Source: Octopus sinensis
Lineage: Eukaryota
Direction: 5' to 3'
Assembly: GCF_006345805.1 (NCBI RefSeq)
Contig: NC_043000.1
Coordinates: 15,438,001 to 15,502,000 of the forward strand
DNA: 64,000 bases
In this document: positions 1-12,290 of the stretch, in pieces
How positions within the stretch are numbered: position 1 is the stretch's first letter
Layout of the letters: each line of letters opens with the position of its first letter
Program-made: the position numbers and the translations under genes
The notes under the pieces: generated by a model
The model's database searches: none
The model's input: only the letters and a program-made list of their open reading frames with translations
Told to the model about the DNA's origin: nothing

Positions 1-29
1 ATCTCAAAATTATTTCTAATAAATCAACA

Positions 30-320
30 GTGGCTGTGTGGTAAGTAGCTTGCTAACCAACCACATGGTTCCGGGTTCAGTCCCACTGCGTGGCATCTTG
101 GGCAAGTGTCTTCTGCTATAGCCCCGGGCCGACCAATGCCTTGTGAGTGGATTTGGTAGACGGAAACTGAAAGAAGCCTGTCGTATATATGAAGATTGTC
201 GATCAAGACAAGAAACAATTGTAGTGGCGGTTTTTTTGACTATTTATTAAAATTTTATGTATTGATTAAGTCTTTCCTTGTTTGTTTTGCAAAATAGTGG
301 TTTTGTCTCTAATAATATTT

Positions 321-357
<37 letters not shown>

Positions 358-580
358 TTGTGTATGTGTGTTTGTCCCCCTAGCATTGCTTGACAACCGA
401 TGCTGGTGTGTTTACGTCCCCGTCACTTAGCGGTTCGGCAAAAGAGACCGATAGAATAAGTACTGGGCTTACAAAGAATAAGTCCCAGGGTCGATTTGCT
501 CAACTAAAGGCGGTGCTCCAGCATGGCCGCAGTCAAATGACTGAAACAAGTAAAAGAGTAAAGAGTAAAAGAGTATCTTG
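30..580 (+). mobile_element. tRNA-derived SINE, family A (internal microsatellite, ...gtaaaagag tail)
   Basis: A/B-box-like head (gtggctgtgtggtaag...ggttcagtccc). Further copies at about 1538-2108, 3070-3465, 18065-18462(-), 30335-30735(-), 33915-34325(-), 35840-36295(-), 38765-39195, 54893-55260, 58238-58645, 61140-61550. Confidence 0.85.
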
Positions 581-1325
581 TACATAGAATCAATTAAGGA
601 GATTCTACTCAGTCAGTCAACCTTCCTGAAATAGGCAAATTTCACTAAGATCTTAGAAATATGACACAAGAGGTATTGAAGTCCCAGATACACTATACCT
701 GAAAAAGAGAGAGCTATAGTGTGTGTCATTCTGGGAAGTCCTTGAGTTTGCACTCTCCCCAGGTCCTCAAGCAAATCCAGCAAATCCAAAAATACCACCC
801 CAATAATAGCATTGTCCTATGCTACTGAAGGATGATTATGGACAGAATACCCTTGATAATAAGTTTACTCAGTCAGGACTGAGCTGGGACTTAACACTGT
901 TTTGTACACACACTGGTTTAATACATAAAATCTGCATCTTTCTTATTAAAATATTTCTCTCTTCATCACATTGAATTCCTCAAATTCCTGTATGACAAAC
1001 AGCAGTATTTAATATTGTTTCAGATTGAATCAGAAGTGGCTGATTGCTTGCTTAACTGAGTGATTGATAGACTGAATAAGTGATTGATCAATTGACTGGT
1101 TGAGTGATCAACTGATTGATTGATTGACTAACTGACTGGCCAATTGATGGATCCATTGACTGATTATCAGACTGTTTAATTGATTGACTGACTGATTGGT
1201 TGATTAACTGAATAAATACTTGATTGAATAATAGATATTTGCTTGATTGGTTAAATGATTCATTGACTGATCAATCACAAAACAAGATTAACAGAATTTA
1301 ACAAAATTAGCAATGAAACAGAAAA

Positions 1326-1387
1326 TTAATCACAGAAATTAACAAACAAAAGTAGAATACAAAATGCAACTACAGAATATGTATAGG
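1326..1387 (-). CDS. Identical second copy of the terminal exon, inside the tandem duplication
   Basis: Sequence and acceptor identical to 2860-2921, offset 1534 bp. Confidence 0.5.
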
Positions 1388-1822
1388 CTGTAAAGGAACA
1401 ATCCTACCATTTCTGGTTGCCAACAGAGAATACATAAATATATATGCATTTATATATGTATATATATATATATGTGTGTGTATATATATACACACATGCT
1501 CAACTGGTTAAGGTCAAACAACTGACAAGCAAATCTGTGGCTGTGTGGTAAGTAGCTTGCTTACGGACTACATGGTTCCGGGTTCAGTCCCACTGCGTGG
1601 CATCTTGGGCAAGTGTCTTCTGCTATAGCCCCGGGCCGACCAATGCCTTGTGAGTGGATTTGGTAGACGGAAACTGAAAGAAGCCTGTCGTATATATGAA
1701 GATTGTCGATCAAGACAAGAAACAATTGTAGTGGCGGTTTTTTTTTGACTATTTATTAAAATTTATGTATTGATTAAGTCTTTCCTTGTTTGTTTTGCAA
1801 AATAGTGGTTTTGTCTCTAATA

Positions 1823-1873
<51 letters not shown>

Positions 1874-2859
1874 TATATGTATGTGTGTGTGTTTGTGTAT
1901 GTGTGTTTGTCCCCCTAGCATTGCTTGACAACCGATGCTGGTGTGTTTACGTCCCCGTCACTTAGCGGTTCGGCAAAAGAGACCGATAGAATAAGTACTG
2001 GCTTACAAAGAATAAGTCCCAGGGTCGATTTGCTCAACTAAAGGCGGTGCTCCAGCATGGCCGCAGTCAAATGACTGAAACAAGTAAAAGAGTAAAGAGT
2101 AAAAGAGTATCTTGTACATAGAATCAATTAAGGAGATTCTACTCAGTCAGTCAACCTTCCTGAAATAGGCAAATTTCACTAAGATCTTAGAAATATGACA
2201 CAAGAGGTATTGAAGTCCCAGATACACTATACCTGAAAAAGAGAGAGCTATAGTGTGTGTCATTCTGGGAAGTCCTTGAGTTTGCACTCTCCCCAGGTCC
2301 TCAAGCAAATCCAGCAAATCCAAAAATACCACCCCAATAATAGCATTGTCCTATGCTACTGAAGGATGATTATGGACAGAATACCCTTGATAATAAGTTT
2401 ACTCAGTCAGGACTGAGCTGGGACTTAACACTGTTTTGTACACACACTGGTTTAATACATAAAATCTGCATCTTTCTTATTAAAATATTTCTCTCTTCAT
2501 CACATTGAATTCCTCAAATTCCTGTATGACAAACAGCAGTATTTAATATTGTTTCAGATTGAATCAGAAGTGGCTGATTGCTTGCTTAACTGAGTGATTG
2601 ATAGACTGAATAAGTGATTGATCAATTGACTGGTTGAGTGATCAACTGATTGATTGATTGACTAACTGACTGGCCAATTGATGGATCCATTGACTGATTA
2701 TCAGACTGTTTAATTGATTGACTGACTGATTGGTTGATTAACTGAATAAATACTTGATTGAATAATAGATATTTGCTTGATTGGTTAAATGATTCATTGA
2801 CTGATCAATCACAAAACAAGATTAACAGAATTTAACAAAATTAGCAATGAAACAGAAAA

Positions 2860-2921
2860 TTAATCACAGAAATTAACAAACAAAAGTAGAATACAAAATG
2901 CAACTACAGAATATGTATAGG
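2860..2921 (-). CDS. Terminal exon, GPI-signal-like tail: AYTYSVVAFCILLLFVNFCD*
   Basis: Phase-1 acceptor gttcctttacag|CC, hydrophobic run ending in TAA; typical C-terminus of GPI-anchored Ly6 proteins. Confidence 0.75.
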
Positions 2922-3702
2922 CTGTAAAGGAACAATCCTACCATTTCTGGTTGCCAACAGAGAATACATAAATATATATGCATTTATATATGTATATATA
3001 TATATATGTGTGTGTATATATATACACACATGCTCAACTGGTTAAGGTCAAACAACTGACAAGCAAATCTGTGGCTGTGTGGTAAGTAGCTTGCTTACGG
3101 ACTACATGGTTCCGGGTTCAGTCCCACTGCATGGCACCTTGGGTAAGTGCTTTCTACTATAGCCTTGGGCCGACCAAAGCCTTGTGAGTGGATTTGGTAG
3201 ACGGAAACTGAAAGAAGCCTGTTGTATATATGTATATATGTGTATGTGTGTGTATATGTTTGTGTCTGTGTTTGTCCCCCACACAACATCGCTTGACAAC
3301 TGATGCTGGTGTGTTTATATCTCCATAACTTAGTGGTTTGGTAAAAGAGACTGATAGAATAGGTACTAGGCTTACAAAGAATAAGTCCTGGGGTCGATTT
3401 TTCGACTAAAGGCAGTGCTCCAGCATGGCCACAGTCACATGACTGAAACAAGTAAAAGAGTAAAAGATATATATATATATATATGTGTGTGTGTCTGTGT
3501 TTGTCCCCCTAGCATTGCTTGACAACCGATGCTGGTGTGTTTACATCCCCGTCACTTAGCGGTTCGGCAAAAGAGACCGATAGAATAAGTACTGGGCTTA
3601 CAAAGAATAAGTCCCGGGGTCGATTTGCTCGACTAAAGGCGGTGCTCCAGCATGGCCGCAGTCAAATGACTGAAACAAGTAAAAGAGAGAAAAGAGTAAA
3701 GA

Positions 3703-3748
<46 letters not shown>

Positions 3749-3749
<1 letters not shown>

Positions 3750-6700
3750 GTTCTGCAATGCAAATGACCTTATGGTTTGCAATACCAACAATACCAACTT
3801 CAGGAAACCCACCTCTCACCTAGTCACCTACCGTTCTGGTAGACACACTAGTCAGATTGACTACATCCTCGCCAGAAAGAGGGAAAGAGGGCTGCTTATA
3901 AATGCCAAAACCTTTCCAGGCGAAGAATGTACTCCTCAACATAGATTAGTAGTTAGTGACATCAGGATCAGAGCTAAATGGTTGCCCAGAAGAAGACCAG
4001 CTTGGAGGAGAAGGATCTGGAAGTTTAAAGATCCTGCAAATGGACAGAGATTTAGAGACATACTACTCGAAGCCTTTGACGAAATAGAAGGGGATATAGC
4101 TTCACTTAATGTGGAAGACAACTGGAGATTCCTACGGGACAATCTGCTGACAGCCACTAACCAGATCCGTGAATGGAGCAAAGTCCCATCTCGACCCAGA
4201 GTAACGTGGTGGTGGAACAATGTGGTTGACAGGGCTATTAGACAAAAGAAACAGGCTTGGAGGGACTGGAAGAATGGTGGTAGCAGGGAATTGTATCAGA
4301 CAGCCAGAAGGGAAGCTAGGAGACAGGTTTCTTTAGCCAGAGGGGAAGCGGATAAGAAAAAATTTGCCAATGTTCTGCGCCGTGAGGATGAAAGACTTGA
4401 GGTATTTCGTGTTGCAAGACAGTGTGTGAGAGAGAATCGTGATGTGGTAGGAGATAAATGTGTCCGCATGGATGATGGTTCACTTGCGCTAAATGAGGAT
4501 GCAAAGAGAGAGGTTTGGAGATGCCACTATGAAAGGTTGCTGAATAAAGAAAATGAATGGGATAAAGAGAGTCAGCCAAATGTCAACCCAACAGAGGGAC
4601 CAGCCATCCAAGTTGACAATTCTTTGATAGTTAAAGCAATTAGAAGCATGAAGACAGGGAAAGCCCCAGGCCCATCAGGAATTACTGCAGAGATGCTCAA
4701 AATATCTGGCAGTGTCGGCTATAACCTAGTCACCCGTATAGTTAACCAGGTGATACACGAAGGAGTCATACCCAATGACTGGTGTAGCAGCATACTAGTC
4801 AACTGCTACAAAGGTAAAGGAGACGCCCTAGATACAAATAATTACAGAGGTATCAAGCTGTTGGATCAGGTAATGAAGGTTACAGAGAGGGTCATAGCCT
4901 AACTGGTTAGGGAGAGAGTCAACTTGGACGAGATGCAGTTTGGTTTCATGCCAGGGAAAAGCACCACTGATGCCATATTTCTGGTGAGACAGCTGCAGGA
5001 GAAATACCTAGCCAAAGATAAGCCCCTGTACCTGGCTTTCGTTGACATGGAGAAAGCTTTTGACAGGGTCCCCCGATCCCTTATCTGGTGGTCAATGAGG
5101 AAACTAGGGATAGATGAATGGCTGGTGAGGGCTGTGCAAGCCATGTACAGGGATGCCGTAAGTAAGGTTAGGGTTAGCAACATGTACACAGAAGAATTCC
5201 GGGTAGAGGTTGGGGTCCACCAGGGTTCAGTACTCAGCCCCCTCCTATTTATCATAGTCCTCCAGGCAATTACAGAGGAATTCAAGACAGGTTGCCCCTG
5301 GGAGCTCCTATATGCTGACGACCTTGCTCTAATTGCTGAGTCACTATCAGAACTGGAGGAGAAGTTCCAGGTGTGGAAGGAGGGTCTAGAATCGAGGGGC
5401 CTTAGAGTCAACCTAGCTAAAACCAAAGTACTAATAAGTAGGAAGGTAGACAATCCACAAATGTCTTCAGGAAGATGGCCCTGCTCGATCTGTAGAAAAG
5501 GTGTAGGTAGAAACTCTATAAGATGTACCCAGTGTAAGCTATGGACACATAAGAGGTGCAGCAATGTCAAAGGAAGGCTAACTGGGAAGATAGTTTTTGT
5601 ATGTGGCAGATGCTCGGGAGCATTAACCTCTGAAAATCTGCAGAAAACAACTTCCGTCACTTTCCAGGGGGAAAAACTAGAAGTAGTTGATAGCTTCCGT
5701 TATCTTGGTGACCAAGTCAGTAGTGAGGGTGGGTGTGCTGAAAGTGTAACGGCTAGAGTAAGAATAGCCTGGGCAAAGTTTAGGGAGCTCTTACCTCTGC
5801 TGGTGACTAAAGGTCTCTCACTCAGAGTAAAAGGCAGACTATGATGCATGTGTACAAACAGCCATGCTACATGGCAGTGAAACATGGGCCGTGACTGCTG
5901 AGGACATGCGTAAGCTCGCGAGAAATGAAGCCAGTATGCTCCGATGGATGTGTAATGTCAGTGTGCATGCTCGACAGAGCGTTAGTACCCTGAGAGAAAT
6001 GTTGGACCTAAGGAGCATCAGTTGTGGTGTGCAAGAGAGACGATTGCGCTGGTATGGTCATGTGGCGAGAATGGATGAAGATAGGTGTGTGAAAAAGTGC
6101 CAATCCCTAGCAGTGGAGGGAACCCGTAAAAGAGGTAGACCCAGGAAAACTTGGGACAAGGTGGTGAAGCACGACCTTCGAACTTTAGGTCTCACTGAGG
6201 AAATGACCTGCGACCGAGACCTTTGGAAATATGCTGTGTGTGAAAAGACCAGGCAGGACAAGTGAGTCCAGCCCACTTATGCATGCCTTTCCTCCCTTGG
6301 ACACACAAAGACCTGTTGAGGCAAGCGAAGTCGATATCGAACCTCATCCGACGACAGGCACCTATGCCAACTCCCCTTTGCTTGTGAAGACCTGTTGGGG
6401 CAAGTGAAATCGAAATTGAAATCGGAATCGAAATTGAACCAATCCTATGACTGGCACCCGGCAGATGCCAGGACCCCTGGACTGGAGATACGTAAAAAGC
6501 ACTATCCGAATCGTGGCCGATGCCAGCGCGGCCTCGACTGGCTTCCGTGTCGGTTGCAAGTAAAAAGCACCATCCGAATCATGGCCGAAGCCAGTGCTGC
6601 CTCGACTGGCTTCCGTGCAGGTGGCACGTAAAATGCACCAATCCGACTGTGGCCGATGCCAGCCTCGCCTGGCTCCAGTGCAGGTGGCATGTAAAAAGCA

Positions 6701-6872
6701 CCCACTACACTCATGGAGTGGTTGGCGTTAGGAAGGGCATCCAGCTGTAGAAACATTGCCAGATAAGACCGGAGCCTGGTGCAGCCTCCTGGCTTCCCAG
6801 ATCCCCGGTCGAACCGTCCAACCCATGCTAGCATGGAGAACGGACGTTAAACGATGATGATGATGATGATGA
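3749..6872 (+). mobile_element. 5'-truncated RTE-clade LINE: end of APE endonuclease, RT, PHD-like Zn finger, 3' UTR and (GAT)n tail
   Basis: SQIDYIL (APE end), KAPGPSG, NYRGIKLL, QFGFMPGKSTTDAIF, GVHQGSVLSPLLF, LLYADDL, FRYLG, RRLRWYGHVARM, RGRPRKTW; starts and ends in TA-rich microsatellite. Confidence 0.95.
3772..6265 (+). pseudogene. Disabled RTE ORF
   Basis: In-frame TAA at 4900-4902 (frame continues into 4924-5844) and a frameshift at about 5840 before the 5864-6265 segment. Confidence 0.9.
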
Positions 6873-6978
6873 TATATATACATACATACATACATACATA
6901 CATATTCACATTTGTATATGTATGCGTATGTTTGTGAGTGTGTATGTGTGTGTGAGCAAACATTTGAGAGAGTCTTAC

Positions 6979-7167
6979 CTGATTTATTTTTTGTAGCTAG
7001 CGGTAGGTGCGACATTCTTAAAGATTCCATTGACTGATAGTTGCAGAGAGGGGAAGAACAGAAGCACCACTCAACATTTCTACCCCAAATAGTTTGGTTC
7101 CGACAGCCAACATAAAAGTAATCAACACTGCTATCTTTCCAACCATCAGCACAACCCCGATAAGTCA
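6979..7167 (-). CDS. LU domain 2, second-half exon: VTYRGCADGWKDSSVDYFYVGCRNQTIWGRNVEWCFCSSPLCNYQSMESLRMSHLPLATKNKS
   Basis: Acceptor ttttttcttgcag|TG, donor TCAG|gtaaga, 189 nt, phase 1-1; WCFC-x4-CN LU signature. Confidence 0.9.
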
Positions 7168-7773
7168 CTGCAAGAAAAAAAAAAAAACATTTCATTTAAA
7201 TTTTCATGCTGGAAAACTGCACCAGGCTCCAGTCTGATCTGGCATAGGTTTTCTATGCCTGAACGCCCTTCCTAATACCTAATTCTTTATTACCCACAAG
7301 GGGATAAACATAGAGGGGACAAACAAGGACAGACATAGGTATTAAGTCGATTACATCGACCCCAGTGCATAACTGGTACTTAATTTATCGACCCCGAAAG
7401 GATGAAAGGCAAAGTCGACCTCGGCAGAATTTGAACTCACAACGTAATGACAAACGAAATACCGCTAAGCATTTCGCCCGGCGTGCTAACGTTTCTGCTA
7501 GCTCGCCACCTTATAATACCTTCCTAATACCAACCACTCCGAGATGTAATGGGTGCTTTTACATTCCATTGGCACAGGTACCATTTGCATGACACTGGTA
7601 TCTGCCATGACCGTGAGTTTGCTCAGCTTGATGGGTCTTCTTCTCAAGCACAACATAATGCCAAAGGCCTTGGTCATTACCTCTGTGAGGCCCAACACTT
7701 GAATACTCGAAAGGAAACCATATCAAATTGCAGCCTACTGGCAAATACACAGGGCACATATGTTAATATGTAT

Positions 7774-7847
<74 letters not shown>

Positions 7848-7868
7848 ATAATATATATATATAGATAT

Positions 7869-7905
<37 letters not shown>

Positions 7906-7949
7906 CAGATAGATAGGTAGATATAGATACACACACGCACACATAGGGG

Positions 7950-8340
7950 GAGAATTCACAAAAAAACAAAAGATGAAGACAGGTGGTGTAGACAACAAAC
8001 AGAAGTATTAGTATAAAGCTCAGGAAGTGAAAAAGTCTTTAACATTTCGAGCATACGCTCTTCCACAGAAAAGAACACAGAAAGAAACAAGGAGAGAATG
8101 TGTAGTGGCTAGCGATCTATCATGGCAAATGCCCGCGTGTGTACCGTTGACGATTTTTTCCTTCATCTTCCCTTCTTTGGATCTTTCCTTTTCCTATGTT
8201 TCTGACGAAGAGCTCCACTCGAAACGTTAAACCCTCCTTCTTTACTTCCTTCCTGAGCATCCAATAATACTATATTTGTTCCATGTTCTCGCGTTGTTGT
8301 GGTTTCTCTTTGTGTTTTCATGTTTGGATTAACTTTATAT
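7950..8340. mobile_element. Palindromic Penelope-type repeat with two opposed hammerhead-like motifs
   Basis: Imperfect inverted arms (agtattagtat...caggaagt / acttccttcctgag...aataatact) flanked by TA microsatellites; hammerhead cores inside. Confidence 0.5.
8198..8232 (+). ncRNA. Minimal type I hammerhead ribozyme motif
   Basis: GUUU-CUGACGA-A-GAG(CUCCA)CUC-GAA-ACGU-U-AAAC: conserved core, stem I GUUU/AAAC, stem II GAG/CUC, palindromic ACGU stem III. Confidence 0.6.
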
Positions 8341-8850
8341 ATATATATCAAGGAAAATATTCAAATTCATAGATGGAATATTTTCAGGAGATACCTTTAA
8401 ACATACAAAGACAGAATACAGAATATTATTTAAGTGCTTACCACAATGCCATAATGTACACAAAAGAAAGCAAACTAAAGTTTTTCATAAACTACATAAT
8501 CCCTAAAATGCTGACAGATGCCTCCGTCTTCTCCAGGACTTAGTACAAAGAAATGTAGAGTAGAATTATGGAGTGTTTTGACCCTATGAGTTCTTACCTG
8601 CATTAGGTGGGTAGCCCTAAATGTTTTCTGTTTTTCAAATTCAAATTATATCACATTTTATTTGTTGTGCATTTAAAATTATTTTCTATTTATTTTATTT
8701 CATTAAATTTTTAATTCATTTACGGTATAACATCCGCACCCTTCTCCCAGTTATCAGCCTCTCACGCATTTTGTAAACATCAGGTTCTTTAATGCACATT
8801 GTATCATATTGTGGTAAATAAAAAAAGATGATAATAATGATTATCATTAC

Positions 8851-8982
8851 CTCCGTTGTCCTTTCGGATAAAGCACTTCTGGGTGATGGGGCAAGCAACA
8901 CGCCCCACATAATAACTGACTGGAGTCTGGACAACATCTCCACACAAAGGGTTGTCATCATAGCAATCCCAACAGAAGAAAT
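8851..8982 (-). CDS. LU domain 2, first-half exon: DFFCWDCYDDNPLCGDVVQTPVSYYVGRVACPITQKCFIRKDNG
   Basis: Acceptor tttcaacttccag|AT, donor GGAG|gtaatg, 132 nt, phase 1-1; 5 Cys. Confidence 0.88.
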
Positions 8983-9724
8983 CTGGAAGTTGAAATATAT
9001 AACATCAAATTAAATAACATTTTTGTTCAGCAGCATTGTTTTGAGATATGGCTACAACAACCTAATCTCCCTCAACACAGAATCACTATGCACAACACTA
9101 CACCTTCCTTTAACCATACACAACTAAAATTTGCATTGACATTACAAATACTTAAGCATGGCAATCTTTGATGAATATAGCAACCACATATCAATGACAG
9201 AGTTAAAATTGCTCTTAAAGGATAGGAGCCACTTCTTCAGGGATCAGAAGATACCTTCAACTGTAAAGTGAAAATACTGTACCTTCTTAACAAGACATGT
9301 ATGGGGCCAGCATATTGGGGTGGTTTGGTGTTCTTACTACACTTACAAACATTCTAGACATCCCCACAACTAACCAATGCAAATTGATAGATAAACAAGC
9401 TTCCATTCACCATCACACTACAACTGTTTTTCTTTTTGTAATTTTGGCACAAGGCCAGCAATTTTTAGGGAAGGAGGAAGTCAATTATGTTGACCCCAGT
9501 ACTTGACTAGTACTTTATTCTATCAACCCCAAAGGTATGAAAGGCAGAATTTGACCATAGCAAAATTTGATCTCAGAATGTAATGAGTTTGAAGAAATGT
9601 TGCTAAGCATTTTGCATGGCTTGCTAATGATTCTACCAGTCCACCACCTTAGTAATTAATTAGTATCAATTTCTAACACAGGTAGACAGGACTTTAATGT
9701 TTTGTGTGTACAGAGAGAGAGGGA

Positions 9725-9775
<51 letters not shown>

Positions 9776-10445
9776 AGGGAGAGGCACCAGGCCATATCAG
9801 ATGTTATATTTTTGGAAACTTCTGCATTCAACAGAGAATGAAGATCAACAAAGTACATTGGTGTTCGGAGAGACACAGCAGCAAAAGCTTGAGGACTTAC
9901 CAAAATTAACTGGGGTGGGATAGGGGCAAAGATTCTTGGTGTGGTGTTGTGAGAAGCATTTTGATTGCAGCCTCTAAAGACCATATAACTAATTAACCTC
10001 CACTCCAGTACTTGACTGGTACTAATTTTATCACCCTCAGTAAGATTTGAACTCAGAATGGATGAAGAAATAGCTAAATACTGTAAGGTACTTGTTTTAT
10101 TGATTCTACCGACCAACCAGCTTTTAGTAAGTAGTGGTACAGAAAATGTGGAGGTGGGTGGCTCAGTGGTTAGGGTGTCAGCACCATGATCGTAAGATTG
10201 TGGTTTCGATTCCTGGGCGATGCGTTGTGTTCTTGAGAAAAATACTTCATTTCATGTTGCTCCAGTCCATTCAGCTGGTAGAAATGAGTAACACTGCGAT
10301 GGACTGGTGTCCCATCCAGCTAGGGAACACATATGCCATAGAAACCGGGAAACTGGGCCCATGAGTCTGGCTAGGCTTTAAAAAGGGCTCATTTATTTAT
10401 TTATTGGTACAGAAAATACCAATTCTTTCAGAAAACTCAACTCAC

Positions 10446-10659
10446 CTGATAAGGTTTCTTCAATTTCATTTTTAGAAGCTTCTAAGTTGTTACCTCCAGC
10501 AATTTTGTCCACTTGTTTGATGCTTTTGGGTTTTACTTTTCGCACCTTATCTGCTGCTGAAGCTCCAGTTGGGACGGCGGCTGCCTCCCAATGCTCAGAA
10601 TGCTTTGTTGTTTTGCTGTTTCCCCACCCTTCTTTCTGAGTTGTTTTAGGGGATTTCAC
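10446..10659 (-). CDS. Linker exon: VKSPKTTQKEGWGNSKTTKHSEHWEAAAVPTGASAADKVRKVKPKSIKQVDKIAGGNNLEASKNEIEETLS
   Basis: Acceptor tttctttcttttcaag|GTG, donor TCAG|gtgagt, 214 nt, phase 0-1, open; in phase with the LU exon at 8982. Confidence 0.78.
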
Positions 10660-11484
10660 CTTGAAAAGAAAGAAATATATTTAAATTTATTTAAGCCTTA
10701 GAAAGCATGGAGGCAAGATAGCTAATATTGGTTCTTTATTACCCACAAGGACATAAACATAGAGGGGACAAACAAGGACAGACAAAGGGATTAAGTTGAT
10801 TACATCGACCCCCAGTGCATAACTGGTACTTAATTTATCAACCTCGAAAGGATGAACAGCACAGTCGACCTTGGCGGAATTTGAACTCAGAATGTAGTGG
10901 CAGACAAAATACTGCTAAGCATTTCCCCTGGCGTGCTAATGTTTCTGCCAGTTCGCCACCTTCAAGATAGTTAATATTGTTCTCATTGTTGCTCTGCTCA
11001 AGATCAACCCTGATTAAACAGGCCTATGATCGCAGTCATTCCAGCTGTGACTATCATGTTTGTTTTACAGATATAATAAACCTAGGATTATATTATCCAT
11101 TGATTTTTAAAATGGAAGGTGAGATTTTAGGGGCTTTGGTTACCATTTCTAGCAGTTGGATTGAGTGAATAGAGGCTCCTTTATCAGCTCATCAAGGTAT
11201 CTGTTGGAATCCAGTGTGAGTCTTATGCAAGGGTATGTAACAGATTGGTCTATGGAATGTGTGAGAAACATTTTATATAAAGCTGGCTGTAGGGTAAAGA
11301 AGCTTGCTTTGCAACCATGTGGTTTTGGGTTCAGTCCCACAACATGGCATTTTGGGCAAATATCTTCTGCTATAGTCCTGGGCTGACTGGTGCCTTCAGA
11401 GTGAATTTGATAGCTGGAAACTGTGAGGAAACCTGTCATGTGTGTGTGTGTGTGTGCATGTGTGCATGCACATTTGATTCCACC

Positions 11485-11516
<32 letters not shown>

Positions 11517-11769
11517 CAACCACCGCCAACCACCCACCCACCACCACCACCACCTGACAACTGGTGATGGTTTGTTTACATTCTTATATCTTAGCAGTTT
11601 GGCAAAAGAGACAAATAGGATAAGTACTAGACTTAAAAAGTAAGTACCGAGGTCGATTCGATCGACTAAATCAAATCCTTCCAGGCGATGCTCCAGCATG
11701 GCTGCAGTCCAATGATTGAATCAAGTGAAAGATAAAAGATATGAGATCACTAAGATTATCACTTAATTA

Positions 11770-12025
11770 AGTGCATTGTCGTAGAGAAAGTGGAAGTGGA
11801 TTGGCAGCACAATTAGAAAAGACACACCAAATGTAGCAAAAAGTGCTTTACAGTGGAAACCGGATGGATATAGAAAGAAAGGTAGGCCTAATAACTCGTG
11901 GCGTAGATCAACACAAAAGGAACTAGAGAAAGGGGGACATTCATGGCAGAGTATAAGTACAGAAGCCAAAATTTATGCGACATGGAATTCAACTATAAGT
12001 GGCCTATACTCCACGTTGGAGGGTT
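11770..12025 (+). mobile_element. Old RTE-clade LINE C-terminal fragment
   Basis: Translates as KWKWIGSTIRK...ALQWKPDGYRKKGRPNNSWRR, the RTE C-terminal pattern. Confidence 0.65.
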
Positions 12026-12252
12026 AACCCTTTAGTGTTTAAACTGGCCAAATCCGGCCCAATATATTCTACATGTTTTATATTCAAACTGGCGATGTCT
12101 AGCCTCTCACACCTAACCTACAATGCCATTTTAAAAATAAGTAATCACATCATTGAAACCTCAAAGCTGTAAGATGATCCAGGATTAATTCAAAACAATT
12201 TGAGTGAAAAAGTATTACATTTAACAGAGTAATCTGAACACTAAAGGGTTAA
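12024..12252. mobile_element. piggyBac-like MITE
   Basis: ttaaccctttag...ctaaagggttaa termini with TTAA. Confidence 0.6.
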
Positions 12253-12290
12253 AGGCAGAAAGAAGAAAGAAAACAAAAAAACTTGCTTAC

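Larger units (their letters stand above)
66..3133. repeat. Tandem duplication, two near-identical ~1.5-kb units (about 66-1572 and 1573-3133) carrying the terminal exon and 3' UTR
   Basis: Identical ORFs at 613-798 and 2147-2332; units differ mainly in (TA)n length and single-base indels. Confidence 0.9.

Noticed and set aside
30-130. tRNA-like sequences at SINE heads
   Set aside because: They have A/B-box-like motifs but run into SINE bodies and recur in many copies; no complete cloverleaf.
390-587. Recurrent MTTDAGVFTS..., MSSNARGTNT... and MLAWVGRFDR... ORFs across the window
   Set aside because: Incidental frames of SINE A and RTE-tail copies, not a protein family.
613-798. Duplicated 61-aa ORF (also 2147-2332)
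   Set aside because: Lies in the presumed 3' UTR, has no recognisable domain, and recurs only because of the tandem duplication.
3936-5660. Minus-strand ORFs of 87-253 aa
   Set aside because: Antisense shadows of the RTE coding sequence.
6480-6720. Regularly spaced ~60-nt repeats resembling a CRISPR array
   Set aside because: Eukaryotic context, degenerate units without unique spacers, part of the RTE 3' UTR, no cas genes.
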